Shown: one piece after another, positions 10,499-23,800 of the stretch | Layout of the letters: every line of letters begins with the position of its first letter | How positions within the stretch are numbered: position 1 is the first letter of the stretch | Origin: Candidatus Poribacteria bacterium | GTDB taxonomy: Bacteria; Poribacteria; WGA-4E; UBA9662 | Assembly (NCBI GenBank): GCA_036339735.1 | Contig: JAYZAL010000100.1 | Location: forward strand, 1 to 64,000 | DNA: 64,000 nucleotides | Reading direction: 5' to 3' | Position numbers and translations under genes: made by a program | The notes under the pieces: generated by a model | What the model saw: only the letters and a program-made list of their open reading frames with translations | Database searches by the model: none | What the model was told of the DNA's origin: nothing

Positions 10499-11269
10499 TT
10501 GTCCATGAAAATTACGTTTTTGGGTACTGGAACTTCGACTGGGGTTCCCATGATTGGCTGCGACTGCGAGGTTTGCCTTTCGGAAGACCCGAAGAATAAA
10601 CGGATGCGACCATCTATACTAATTACAGTCAACCACCATAACATCTTAGTAGACACCACGCCTGAGTTTCGTTTGCAAGCGATTGCCAACGGGATACGTC
10701 GTGTGGATGCAGTTTTGTTTACTCACTCGCATGCTGACCACATGCATGGAATTGATGATTTACGGATCTTTTCCAAAACACAGGAAGATCCGATCCTATG
10801 TTACGGAAATCCCCCTACGCTTGCTCGCTTGCAGCATGCGTTTGATTATATTTTTAGCCCTGGTCATTACAAAGGGCTATTACCCAACATAAAACTTGAA
10901 TCCGTCGGAGGCCCATTCTCGTTATTTGGTCAGATGATCGAACCAATCCAGGTTATGCACGGAAAAACAGAGGTCCTCGGTTTTCGGTTGGGTGATTTCG
11001 CTTACGTAACGGATTGTGGGCAAATTCCCGATGAGTCGATGGATTTGCTGTTCGGTGTCGAAACCTTGGTTTTGGACGCTCTGCGATGGGAGCCGAAGCA
11101 TCCAGCCCATTTGACTATCCCAGAAGCGATCGACGTTTCGCAACGGCTGCGGGCTAAGCAAACTTATTTCACACATATGATGCATTTGGTTGAGCATCAT
11201 GAAACCAATGCCAGATTGCCGGACGGGATTGAATTGGCCTATGATGGGTTGGTCCTAGAGGTGAATTGA
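10499..11269 (+). CDS. MBL-fold metallo-hydrolase (PhnP/YycJ-like phosphodiesterase)
   Basis: FLGTGTSTGVPMIGCDCEVC, THSHADHMHGIDD, AYVTD, THMMH, LAYDGL. Confidence 0.9.
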   Translation: MSMKITFLGTGTSTGVPMIGCDCEVCLSEDPKNKRMRPSILITVNHHNILVDTTPEFRLQAIANGIRRVDAVLFTHSHADHMHGIDDLRIFSKTQEDPILCYGNPPTLARLQHAFDYIFSPGHYKGLLPNIKLESVGGPFSLFGQMIEPIQVMHGKTEVLGFRLGDFAYVTDCGQIPDESMDLLFGVETLVLDALRWEPKHPAHLTIPEAIDVSQRLRAKQTYFTHMMHLVEHHETNARLPDGIELAYDGLVLEVN

Positions 11270-11315
11270 TTTAATTTCTCCCGATGACTATAACTAAAAG
11301 GTAAAGTGAGGAGCA

Positions 11316-11540
11316 ATGTTTGGTAATCAGAAAATCACCCTTCAAATCGAAGGCATGTCTTGTCAGCATTGCGTGCAAGCTGTTACAGAGGCTCTGACGT
11401 CTTTGGCTGGGGTTAGAAGTGTGAAAGTTGACCTGAGCCAGGACCGGGCTGTAGTGAAATTTGCCGCCAAGCAAGTGGAAGTTTCACAGATGAAAGATGT
11501 AGTTAATCAAGCTGGTTTTCAGTTCGTAGGCAGTAAATAA
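11316..11540 (+). CDS. copZ: Copper chaperone / HMA-domain protein
   Basis: IEGMSCQHCV metal-binding motif in a 74-aa HMA fold; GAGGAG RBS. Confidence 0.88.
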   Translation: MFGNQKITLQIEGMSCQHCVQAVTEALTSLAGVRSVKVDLSQDRAVVKFAAKQVEVSQMKDVVNQAGFQFVGSK

Positions 11541-11568
11541 AAGTTGTAAAAAAAGTTAAGTTGGAGGG

Positions 11569-11597
11569 TTGACAACACCTCTAGCTTGTTGTATTAT
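11569..11597 (+). promoter_or_regulatory. Near-consensus sigma70 promoter of the 4158-aa protein gene, overlapped by an ACAACA-N9-TGTTGT inverted repeat
   Basis: TTGACA 11569-11574, 17-nt spacer, TATTAT 11592-11597; ACAACA 11572-11577 and TGTTGT 11587-11592. Confidence 0.7.
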
Positions 11598-11884
11598 ACG
11601 ATGTCTTTAGTTTGGGCATGGTCTGACCAAATCACGCTCGGCCATGTCGGTATTTGTTTGTGACTCTTGACTGGAAATGTCAGAAAATTGGATTAATCAG
11701 TAAATGTTAAAAAAGCAAAGGACTTATATAAATGAATAGTACCTCTCTCGACTGTGACCCTATAAGTAGAAACGACTCTGCAAGTAACATTTCTATTCAA
11801 GAATCAGAATTGTCAGGATTTAAGTTAGACTCAAGTTTATCGCATCAAAAGCAATCGACACCTTTAAATGGAGGATTCCGACCC

Positions 11885-14800
11885 ATGAGAAGCGCGGCTT
11901 CATTGTTTTCAAAATTCAACCTATTTAGAACCCTTTGCCTACTATTGGCCATTTCGGTGACTGGGCTGGCTTCAGCTGCCCCGATTGCCCGGATCGCCAG
12001 TAACGATTACACAGCGGGTTCGACTGGCCAGTATGTCGTCATTCAAATAGATGATGTTGAAGCTGGACAGCAAATCTATGTTGCCCAGCCTGTCCGGACT
12101 CCGGCAGATAATTACACCCAGATTGTCGCAGGTATTTCAGCTGTGGTAGGTGGTGGCACTTTAGTGAATGACACCTATGACTTCGATGGAAACCCTGGTA
12201 CAGCTCTGGAGCAATGTGTTTCCTTCATCGTAGATGCCAACACAACGTCGGTTAAGTTCACTTATGGACCCGCCAGTATCGGGATTGACAACTCAGATCC
12301 GCGCCCTGAGTTTCGAATCGCGATTAAAAAAGGTGGTGCCGTTGTGGCGATGGATGCCAGTGACCGGCCAGACCTTTACATATTAGCCGCTGGTTCAGGG
12401 ACCGCATCCATAGTTGATGATGCAGCTAACGACGCAGCTCCTGACAGAAAGGTTGCTGCTGGTGCTTCTGGTGTCAATTTAACATTGACCTATACCAAAG
12501 TGGTTTCCACTTTGAATGGCGGACAATTACAAGTCATCGTTCCGGATGGGTGGACGGCTCCAACGGCCGACAATTTTAAGGTTGAAGATATCGCTGATGC
12601 GAATGCCAATGGTACTGATGACACCAAAGCTAATACAGGTGCGCTGAGCTTTAGTGGGCAGGCGGTAACTATCCCAGTATCAGGTGACACTTTTAATAAT
12701 AATTTTGTTTTCAAGTATTCCGGAGCCATCGCTCCGATGACTGTTGGTAACAATGAGTTTGCGGTTAAGGTTAAAGGTCCCAAATTCATGGAAGAACTGA
12801 CCCGTATTGCTGACATGACCAACGTTACAATTGCTACAACAGGAGTTGGTAATGGAGATGCGGCGGGTTCATTTGCCTTAACAGTTAATGATTCCTCGCC
12901 AGGTCAGGTGACAGCTATTAGTCAAGGTAATTCTTTCGTTATTACTTTCACTGCTGCTGGGACGCTAGACGGTGGGCGGATGGAGATCGGGTTGCCTAGT
13001 ACACATTTCTCAGCTTTTGATAACAAGGCTGGAGAGCCAGGTTACACGACCGTTTCTAGTACAGGTACTGTCACGGCTGTTTTTGGAGCAAAAGCAGATT
13101 CCGGGTTCTCTGGTAATGGTTTGGGAATTGAGATATCCAAGCTGCGTAAGGATGAGACTGTAACCGTCAATTATGGTTACACCTCTGGTCCGTCTGGTGT
13201 AACTGTAGATGCAAAGACTACCGGTTTCCGGTCCTTCCCTGTCAGTATCAATTCATCTGGTAAGGTTACTGGCGCTGCCAATGAAAAGGTTTCAGAGAAT
13301 AAGGAGCCAACGTTTGAAGTTTTGGCTGCTAGTGGTAGTGGGACTTTGACAGTACAAAAGCAAGTCGGTGATGCCGCTCGAGGTAATGATGTGGCGGCAA
13401 CAGTGGTGAATGCTGGTGATGCAATTACTCTTTACTTTAACTATGAAGCGGCAGGTAAGATCAAGAATGGTTCATTGCTGATTAATTTGGATCCTAATTG
13501 GCAGACAGCCGATTCAGATAGCAAAGATGCTGACGGCAACTTTACTGGCAACGTTTCTGTGGTTAACAAGTCTGGTGGAGCTGAGCTAGGTGCAATTTCC
13601 GGGGTCGGTCATCAGATTACGGTTCCGTTAACTTTTATGAAAGCGGGACAGGCTTTCGATGTGAAGTATGTAATTACTGCCCCGATCGAGAAGATTGATG
13701 AGACTACTTTCACTTTTTCCATGGCTTCGGTTGATTATGAAGCTTTGACCGAAATTAAATCACCTCGTGGTACTGGAAGTCCTCACAAAATTAAAGTTAC
13801 TCAAGCTAAGGATGGGTCTGGTGTCTTGTCAACGCCGGCGGCGGATGATAGCGACAAGTACACGGTTACAGCTGGTAGTACTGGGAATAACTATGACGTA
13901 GTGTATACGGCTGCTGGTCGGATGGATAAAGGTCGCTTGATTTTCCAAGTTCCAACCAACTTCCCGACACCAGTCAAGGATAAGGACGGAAATATTTCGG
14001 TCAGTGTTGTCAGTTCGTCCGGTGGTGTGTCCATAGCCGGCCAGCCAACTTTTGATGATGCCGATAAGGTTGGTGATAACTGGTATAAGGGGTATTTCGC
14101 CATTACAACTATGGCGGGTACATCCACGGTCACCTTCCGTTACACCGGTGGGGCCCGAGATGTTATCAACACTATCGATACTACTCAGGCAGCTGCGGCT
14201 GATAAGCTGGTCGTTTACTCTAAAGGTAGCGACTTGAATGCAGATAACACTGGTGCCGGCGATGTGCAGGTGGTTGGTGGAAAGGTTACTGTTGAGACAA
14301 CTTTTGCGGCCGATGGTACAGGTGTCGCCAAGTTCGTTGATGGCAACAGTGGTACGGCTGACGAAAAAGATACTTTGACTTCAAAAGTTAAAACTCTGCT
14401 GACTCCAGCTGGAAACAGTTTGATTATTCGTTACTCTCCAGTGGGTCAAACCGGTTTTGACGATACAGATAATGATGGAGTAAAAGATGCTGGTGAGGAA
14501 GGCAAAGGTGAGCTTCAGTTCGTATTGCCACCAAACTGGACTGCTCCACAGACTGCTAACGCTGGTACTGCTGGTTACATTCAAGTCAAAAAGTACAATA
14601 CGGTATCGACTAATTACGACATAGGCCTGACAGACATTAAAATTGCCACTAACACGGTGACTGTATCGAAGGTTTACCTGGCTTCTAGTGCTGAAAAAGT
14701 TGAGTTTCAATACTTCAAGCCTACGACTTCCGGTCGGGCAGTCGATACCAATTTTGATATCAAGCATGCTAGTAATGGTGGGACGTTGGTAGCAGTTAAC

Positions 14801-17800
14801 ACCCTAGTCTATAATTTGGGTGGTGCTGAAGACGGTATCGGTTCTGCTATGGTTGAGATCATGGGTAAAACTGATGATACTGGAACGGCGAATATAGACG
14901 AACGTCGTACTATTGCGGCTGGAACTAGTAGCGCAGACATTCAAGTTACTATTACGGCTGAAGCTGATATCATTAACAAAGAGATTGAGATTATTGTTCC
15001 AGCTAGGGACTCAGATGCTAATAAGACAGCTGAATTTAGTATGGGGCAACCACAAACAACCAACACTAACGGAAACGCGTATGTAATGCCGTTGGTAGCG
15101 GGTGCCACTTTGTTAAATGGTGCTGATGCAACCTTTGCCTCATCTATTGATGCAGCTACTGGTGAGCTAAGGCCGGGTGTCTTTGGTCAAAAGATACAGT
15201 TAAAAGTCAATCGATTGGCTTACAGTGCTGATGCGGCTACGCGACCCAAAATATTGGTTCAGATCAAAAATGTCAAAATCCCAACAGCCAATGCTAACGA
15301 GACTTACACCTTCACTGTTGGTTCAAGAGAAGCTGCTGCAGATCTGAATGTCAATACCGCTGATAAAAAGTTCGGCCAAGGGGTTGACTACGATGCAGTT
15401 GATGCCGTTAACAAGTTGACGGTGTTAGAAGTGGTTGAAGCCGGTGATGTTACTGTCAACGCAGGAAATAGAGGTGATGCGGGTCGTAATAACGATTTAA
15501 CTTTCCTTGAAGACAAGCAATCTCATTATCACTCTGCTTTTGACTATGGTGATCTAACAATCGTGGTTCAGCCAGTAGCTGGAGAGGGTGTAGCTAAGGT
15601 CGGTTCCATGCAATCTGGGAATTACAATCCTAAGTACATTACCAACACAGCTGCTACATATAACCTGACTTTGACTTATGAAGCCACAACTGAGATTAGC
15701 GACGTTTGGTTCGACGTTCCAGCCCAATGGACTATGCCTGACTTCACTGGTAATAAAGTTGGAGATGTAGAAACAACTCCAACCGAAGGTATAGTGAGTG
15801 TCAGTCTGTCGAATGGTACTACAGCCAACGTGTCGATTTCTGGTCGAGGTAACTTGACCCAAGAAACGGCGGCTAATGCGGCTAATCTAGCTAAGATGAA
15901 TCAAAACAAGGTGGGGAATGTTGGTAGTATCGGTACCAATGCTGCCAACACGACTTTACTTAATTCTGTAATTACAGTTCCAAATGCTAGTAAAAATGCT
16001 AGCCCCGATACTACTTTGGGCGCTCAGATTAGGGTGTCGGCAAATGGGACGTCTTTGAGCGGTGATGGCACACTTCTGGCTCCAGGAGAGGTTCTGTACG
16101 TCAATATTGCCAACACTAAATTCACAGGTTCGGCAGCTACAGATTCGATTTTCAAGACTTACAGTAATGGTACAGCCTTGAAAAGTGGATTGCATCCAGT
16201 AGTCTCCTTAATCACATCCAAAGATGGTATTGGTCGAGTCGACGACGAGTTAACTACACGTGTCACTCACATGACCGAGATTAAGGATGAATTCCAATTT
16301 GTGTCAGGAACAGAGAAAGCAGACTTAATAACTCCTCGATTCCAAGACAACGAAGCTGCTGACCAGATAGCAGACAGGGTAGAATACGCGGTTGGTGAAT
16401 CCAAAACTATGTATTTCTACTATGGTATTGAGAAGGGTACCTTCATCAAAGATGGTGAATTGCAAATGCTGGTACCGTCTGGTTTCTCAGCCCCAACAGT
16501 GGCTGAAGCAGACGCTGCACTAGATGCAGGCAACCTTTCTGCATTTGGCGGTTTGCAAAGCAATCAGGCTAATGTGCCTGGCTTTAACAATAAGAAACAG
16601 CTAGATGTCCGTTTGCTCTATCTGTCCCAAGATGGTAATGACAATGTTACAGTAGTCGATGCAGCCGTCCATGATACTGAAGCTGAATTGACCGCGATAG
16701 GGTTGTCTGATAAAACAGATATCCCTATATCGGCCGATGATATTACTATTAGTGGTAATCTGGTCAAGATCAAATTACGACACATGATCGGGAATCAGCA
16801 CTTCTTACAAGTTAAGTATCACGGTAAAGCACCTAACCTGATTGGGTATTACGACAGAGGTACTAACTACGAAGGTAAGAAAACGGCAGAGGTAAACGTT
16901 AATTTGGCCACCTTTAATGTTACGACCATTAATGGTGCCAATACTATAACTAATACGCCTGACGTAGAATTAACAGCAGATGCTGGTGGCAACTTCATTG
17001 ATGATGAACTAGAAGATGACGTCATGACTGGAGAGATTTATGCCTTCCAGTTCTGGTCCCAGTCTGGTCCATCCTCGCTTGGACACACTGCATTAACCGT
17101 AGAGAAAAACCGTGTTTACAACGAAACAACTAACCAGTATGTAACGGCCGGTCAAGTTCGAGTCAATGTTTCTGGTGGTAGCGTTTTGAACGCGGACATC
17201 GCCTTAGCTGGTGTTTTGGATGGAGCTGGAACTGATACTGATGCAGTTGACTTCCGAAAAGCACTAGCTTGTGAGCCAAACATGATTTTCCACTTTACCT
17301 ACACACCAAAGGTGGAAATTTCGGCTAAGTACAACAATGTAAATACTAACTTGGTCTTGCGCCTGCCTGTCAACAAGTGGTCACGAGTTCCAAATGACGC
17401 TGCTAACTTTAGTGTTAGTGGTAGCAAGCGGATTGATGCAGTAAAAGCCAGTATAGCTGCAGTTGGTTTAGGCGGTAATGGCCTTAGCAGCTATCAGGAC
17501 ATTATCATTCCGATTACTACTGCAGACATCAAAACTGTTAAGCCAGGTGAGACAATTGATATTTATTATGGCTACGGTGATAATAAAATCACAGCACCTA
17601 TGACTTATGGAGATGTTAACGGTGATGGTAGTGGTGCGGCCATAACTGTCAGAGACTTTGTGGTCGGTCAAGGAAATGCCGCCGGAACGGCTCTGGATGG
17701 AGGGGATAAACTGAAAACTTTCTCCATCGAGCTGGGTGATCAATCCTCAGGTGCTGGCGCAGCTGAGATGTATGTTGATGCCAACAGCAATATGCCAGTG

Positions 17801-20800
17801 ATAGATAAAACTCACAATGGTGTTTCCAAAGCTGAATACAACGCTGATGGAAAGATTGTAGCAGCTGTAGCCGGTGACAAGGACTATAAAGGGTTAGGAA
17901 ACGCTACAGTCATTACAATTGATGGCGATCGTCAGCAGATTCATGCCGGTAGCAAGTTCGATGCTATGTTGAAGTACACATCTTGCGGCACTATAACTGA
18001 TGGCGAAATCCGTTTCACCATACCAAATGGCTTCACCGCACCTCAGGTGGGTGATAGCTCAGCTGCAGGATATGTCGACCTGTTCTATCTGGATCGGGAC
18101 GGTGATATTGATAATGACGGCACCTGGGATGGCACGGAAATTAAAGCTGCAGTTAATGGCAACACGGCAGGCTACGAAGGCGTGCTGCCTGTGGCGGCTA
18201 ATGGGCCAACTTTGTACAACTGGAATCACTTATTCCCAGTTTTAGACACCAATGGTCGACCGTTTGCAGATCATAGGGAAGGTGTTGGTGCTATCAACTA
18301 TGAAGACGATGGAATCAAAGGAGCCGCTGGTAATGGCCGAGTGGCTGGTTTGGATATTCCGCGAGCCGTCTACGATGTTGAGTATGGCGCACGTAAGAAC
18401 GATAGTGATAAAGACTTGCCAGCCAGTATTGGTTTACCAATCGTTTCTGGTCAAACAGTTTCGTTCAAGGTGAATCGTCTGGTAGCTGGTGGGGTCCTAG
18501 CACTACGTTATAAAGCTGCTGTAGCTCCAGTAACACGAGCTATGGGTGCTAATGCTGCGGTATTTGGGATCGAAACTCGCTCCGCCTACGGGCAGGGTGA
18601 TTTCGTAGCTGTGAGCTCGTTGCAAGCACAGAGCATGAAACTTGATATCCTGAATGGTGTTGGCTTGGAAGATGGAGCCGGGAAATCATCTGGTAACATC
18701 ACCGTATCGCCGACATCAGTTCCTGCGGGATCAACTAATACTTATACAGTAACTTACTCACCATATGCTTCCCTGAGTAAAACAGTGGGTAGCTTAGCGG
18801 GTGGTAATAATGATGGTCAGCTTACAGTAGTTGAAGTTTCAGTGCCGCAGAAAACTGTTGGTGGAAATGCGACTGGTTGGACCTTCCCTGAAGCTAACAA
18901 CAAAATTGATGAAAGCAAAGTTAAGGTTACCTTAACCGGTGGCGCTGCCATGAAGGATGATAATAAGGATGGCATTGCCGTTACACCAGTAAGAAGTGGA
19001 GCATTAAATGACTATGTTCAAATTGAAATGGTTACCCTAGAACCGGGCCAATCGATCACAGTCGAATTCCAAGATGTTGTTGCTCCACCACAAAGTACTA
19101 GTGTACAGCATAATTCAAACCCACAAGGTTTCAGAGTCTGGGTATATCCAAAAGAAGGTGCAATCGAAGCTGGTGCAACCAAGTGGAGAGGTCCATTAGC
19201 TCCTCTAACTGCCGATTCAGATAAAGTAACGGTAGCCCCAGCTACAGATGGATCAGGTGTTGCTTCGTTAGGAGCAAGTAGCCATACCAGTTACTTGATC
19301 AACGCAGGTGGCGCACCAGGCAATCTGAAGTTTGTTTATACTGCTCAAGCTGAAATGGCTGAAGGTGCACAAATAGCACTTAATGTTGATTCAGCATGGC
19401 CTAACCCACATACAGATGCTGATGAAGATGTTGACAACGATGGTACCAAGGCGGCTGATGAAGCTGGTTATGTAGCTGTCGGTGGAACAGGTGCTGGGGA
19501 CGTGGATGTAACAGCTAAAACTAGTTTGGATGGAAACCAAATTTTGGTTACAGTAAAAACTGGACAATCACTGACTCAAGGCGAAACCATCATCTTTGAA
19601 TATGGTAATGCTCAATTGAAAGCTCCGGCAGCTCCAGGTACCAGCTACAAATTTGACATTCTTTCAAAGAAGAAAGATGGTACTTTGACTTCGGTCAAAG
19701 ATTCACCTCTGAATGTCTATGTTAGTGGTGATGGTACCGGTACCGGTTATATTACCTTGTCCCAGACTACGGTACGTGCAACTGGTACTTTGACAACTGA
19801 CGTTACCTTTGAGTTAGCTGAAACTATGGCTGCAGGACAATTGAAAGTTACTATTCCTGCTGGATGGGATGTGCCAAAGGCTGTATCAGGTGATCCTGCT
19901 ACGACAACTTGGCGTGTTTCTTCTAAAGTTGTAGGTACGGTTACAACAGCAACTGCTGGTAAGGCTACCTTTGACCCAGTCAATGGGGCGAACGAAACCG
20001 AAGTGGTAGGAACTTTCGTCGATAATGGTAGTGATATTGTTTTCGACGTTCCCGCCGGTGCAGTACGTGGTGATAAACTAATCTTCACTTATAGCGGGAA
20101 AGTACAGGCGACTGCCGGGTCGGTAAGTATTCCTGCAGTGTCTAAGTCCAACGTAGACAAAGTTTTTGGCTCTGTACTACCTGGACTGACAGCGACTGTA
20201 CAGAACATCGTTTCAGGAGAAGGAACAGCTGAAAGAGTCGGAACTAATCCATTACCGTCCAGAAGTAAGTCCAATGTGCTGCAATTCAAATTTACAGCTA
20301 AGGGTACTATGGATGGTGGTGCAGTCAGGCTCCAAATCCCGAACGATTTCACCTTGCCACAAACCACAGATCCAAATGTAGCCGGTTACACGACTGCTTA
20401 TTCAACCGGATCAATTGGTAACTTAGAGATTACCGATAGCGCTGGAAAGAAGGCTGGCGAAGAAGGTGTTGGTACACTTAACTACGTTAAAGTTCCATTA
20501 ACCACCTTAGCTCCAGCAGCATCTGTAACTGTAGTTTATGGTTCAGGTGGCGCCGATGCTGGTGTACAAGCTCAGGCCGCACCAGGGTTTGCTTCATTCT
20601 ACTTTGAATCTAGCGGTGGTGTAGAAGGTGATGTCTTTAGTAGAGCTTCGATCAGTAATATGCCAGTGCAAGTTACTGACGCACCGCACGGTTCTGGTGG
20701 ATTGACAATCCCTTCAGGTGATATTAGTGCTGGTGAGAACCAAGCCGTTCAATTGCTGTATACGGCTGTTGGAACTAGTTATCAGTCTATGTTGCGTGTC

Positions 20801-23800
20801 TTCAAGCCAACTGGCACTGGTTGGGCAGATTTCTCTGCCACTACAATCAGTGTAGTGAAGCCTTCAGGTAGTGCAACGACTCGTTTCTCAACTCCAACTT
20901 ATGCTAGTGATGGTAGTTATCTAGATCTGCCTCTCGTTTATATTAGCGATAGCAAATCGGTACAGATCAATTACACTTCAACAGCACCGAACCAGCTACA
21001 GGTCTCGTCGGTTAGTGCTTCTTTTGCGAATACTAACGTAGCCGATGATCTGTTACCACTAAGCGTACAACCAACTATTACGGTTAAGGGCGCAGCCGAT
21101 GGCTCAGGTAGTGTTAGCATCGCTTCCGGTACGCTTACCGCAGGTAGCCCTGCTGGACCAATTGTGCTGACTTATACAACTGTCGGCCCGATGGATAAGG
21201 GTGGTATTACTATTGATGTACCAGCAGCCTTTACTGCACCCGGTCAAACAACTATCAGTGCAGATAAAGGTACTGTCAGTACAGACGGTGCAGTAATTAC
21301 GGTTAGTGATTTGACTTTAACTGCAGGTGCGAGTGTAAAAGTAACCTACGATGGTAGTACTGCTCAGAAAACCGCTGGTGAAGCCGGATTCGTAGTCAAA
21401 TCCAAATCTGGTGCTGACGGTGTTTTAACGGAGTTATCTACCTCACCTGCTAAAGTTACTGTTGGCTATGCTGCTAGTGGTACAGGAATCATCTCCGTGA
21501 GTCCGACCACTGTGATCCAAGGTGCAACCACTGAAATGGCTTTCACTTATACATCAATTGGTGAAATTCAGAATGGTTCATTGCGTATCAGCATACCGGA
21601 AGATTGGGGTGTATCGACTAACTTAAAAACCAAATCACTTGACCAAACAGCGTTTGATCCGAATAATCCGACTCAAGACCGGATTAATTCCGCCGTCCGC
21701 TCAACTGATGGAAGAACAGTGTCAGTGTCCATCCCGCAGATTTCTGCAGACACCTCTTTCACTGTTACTTATGAGTTGACAGCGCCAGCGGCCAAGAAGG
21801 ACAACGAGTTTAAAGCCCTCTTCCAAGGTGGACCAGCAGCTCAGTTCATTGAACTAACTGATCCATCAGATTTGGATAAAGATGGCGAGACAAGTGATAA
21901 CGTACTTATTGTTCCGACTACACCTGCTGCTAGCCAAATTGCCTTCAAGAGCAATCCGGTCAGCATGTTACAAGGTGTCAGTTCAACGGAAATCGTAATT
22001 GAAACCAGAAATGATGATGGTGGACCAGCTTCGCCGTCCAATGATCTGGTTGTAACCTTTACCTCAAGTTCAGAAACGGGCGTATTCTCACTGACCAAAG
22101 ATGGTGCTAGTCAGAATGCCGTTACTGTTGCTCAAGGATCTACTACTGGAAGCGTCTATTACAAAGATGCGGCTGGTAGTGGTACAGCTACTTTGACTGC
22201 AACCAGTAGCATTGGAACTGCTACTCAAGCTGCAACCATCACCGACGTAGCTTCCAAGCTGGTCTTAACAGCTAAGGAAAGCAATTATGTCGGAGACGAA
22301 GTTACACTTACAGTCGAAACACAAGATTCAGCTGGTGTCGTAGCTACTACCGTAAGTGGCGTAGCTATTAGCTTGGCTCTAGCTGATGGAGAAACCGGAA
22401 CAATTACTCCAGCCACGATTAACTTGGCCAGTGGAGTTACCGCCGGTTCGGCTGTACTAACAGGTGCAGCAATTGGTAGTGTAACAGTAACAGCTAGTGC
22501 AACTGGTCTTACCTCTGGTACTGGATCATTGACCTTCAACAATACAGTATCTACTGTCAGTGTCAGTGGAAGTCCAGTCAAAGCTGGTAATGCTATCACT
22601 GTAACAGCTACTGGTAAACCAGCGGCTGCTGCTACCTTCAGCATTAGCGGTGATGTAGCTACTGGAGTAACCATGACTGAGTCCACCACCGAAGCAGGTA
22701 CTTACACCGGAGTTACTGAGACTGACTTCAGTGGTATCGCTGATGGAAGTTACGATGTTACGGTTACGATCGGTGCTGGTAGTGAGAGTAAGGCTGGATC
22801 CGTGGTGGTAGACAACACCGCTCCATCCATTGCATCAGCTGTATCAGACAAAACTAGCCTAAGAAACGGCGAATCTTTGACTTTAACCGTCGAAGCTGAA
22901 GCCGGAGCTACGGTAACAGCCGATGTTTCTGCACTGGATACCACTCAAGCCGCTGCAGTAGCAGTTGCTGAAAGTGCCACCGCGGGGACTTATAGCGCCG
23001 ACATTACTATCAGTAGTGATACGACAGCTGAAAGTGGCGACAAGAAGATTGTTGTTACTGCGACTGATCTAGCTGGTAATAGCAGTACGACTGAGGTAGA
23101 GATTGCTCTAACTACCTACTCTGCCTTTGATCTGGTGATTCCTAAGGGTATTGGTCTGATCCACGTACCTTTAAGTGTTACTGAAGTCAATGGCGAGAAG
23201 AAAACAATCGCTACTATTGCTGATCTGTATGATGCTATCGGTGATGACAAGGCCTTCTTGATCACCTACGATACAGAGGCTGGGTCCTGGAGAAGTTACT
23301 TGGGTGCTAATAACAAAGGTTCGGCTAGCGACGTAGCGATTACTGATGATCTGGGTATCATCACGGTTAGAACCGCTGCCACCGATGCTGTAACTGTTAA
23401 CTTGAAGGGTAACGCTTTGGGAACCGCAGGTGCCAGTTCAATGACCTTGAAGAAAGGTAAGAACTTGGTTGGTGTACCGGTTAAGGATAGTCGTATCGCC
23501 ACTGTAGGCGAATTACTCTCCTTAGAAGGTGTATCAGCTACCAGTGCCATTGTTTCACAGGAAGGTACTTTCAAAGTTCTGACATCCTTAGATAAAGGAC
23601 AAGACAGTGATGTGGCCATCACTGGAGGTCAGTCCTTCATCATTGTCGGTAAAGAAGATGCGACAGTTGCTGTTAGTGGTGATGCTTGGGATAATGTCTC
23701 GGCTGTAGCTACTGCCGCTGCCATGTCAGCCGTTGGGTTTGAAGTCTATAGTCAGACTCCAGTCATGGCGATCCAAGGCAGTTTGAATAGCAACGGTCTA

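Noticed and set aside
11572-11592. CueR/MerR operator linked to copZ
   Set aside because: The dyad is downstream of copZ and in a 17-bp spacer promoter; MerR-type promoters have 19-20-bp spacers.
11732-11884. ORF-track N-terminal extension of the 4209-aa ORF (likewise 24584-24655 for the 3440-aa ORF)
   Set aside because: The downstream ATGs have GGAGG-type RBSs and begin directly with signal peptides; the extensions look like untranslated leader.
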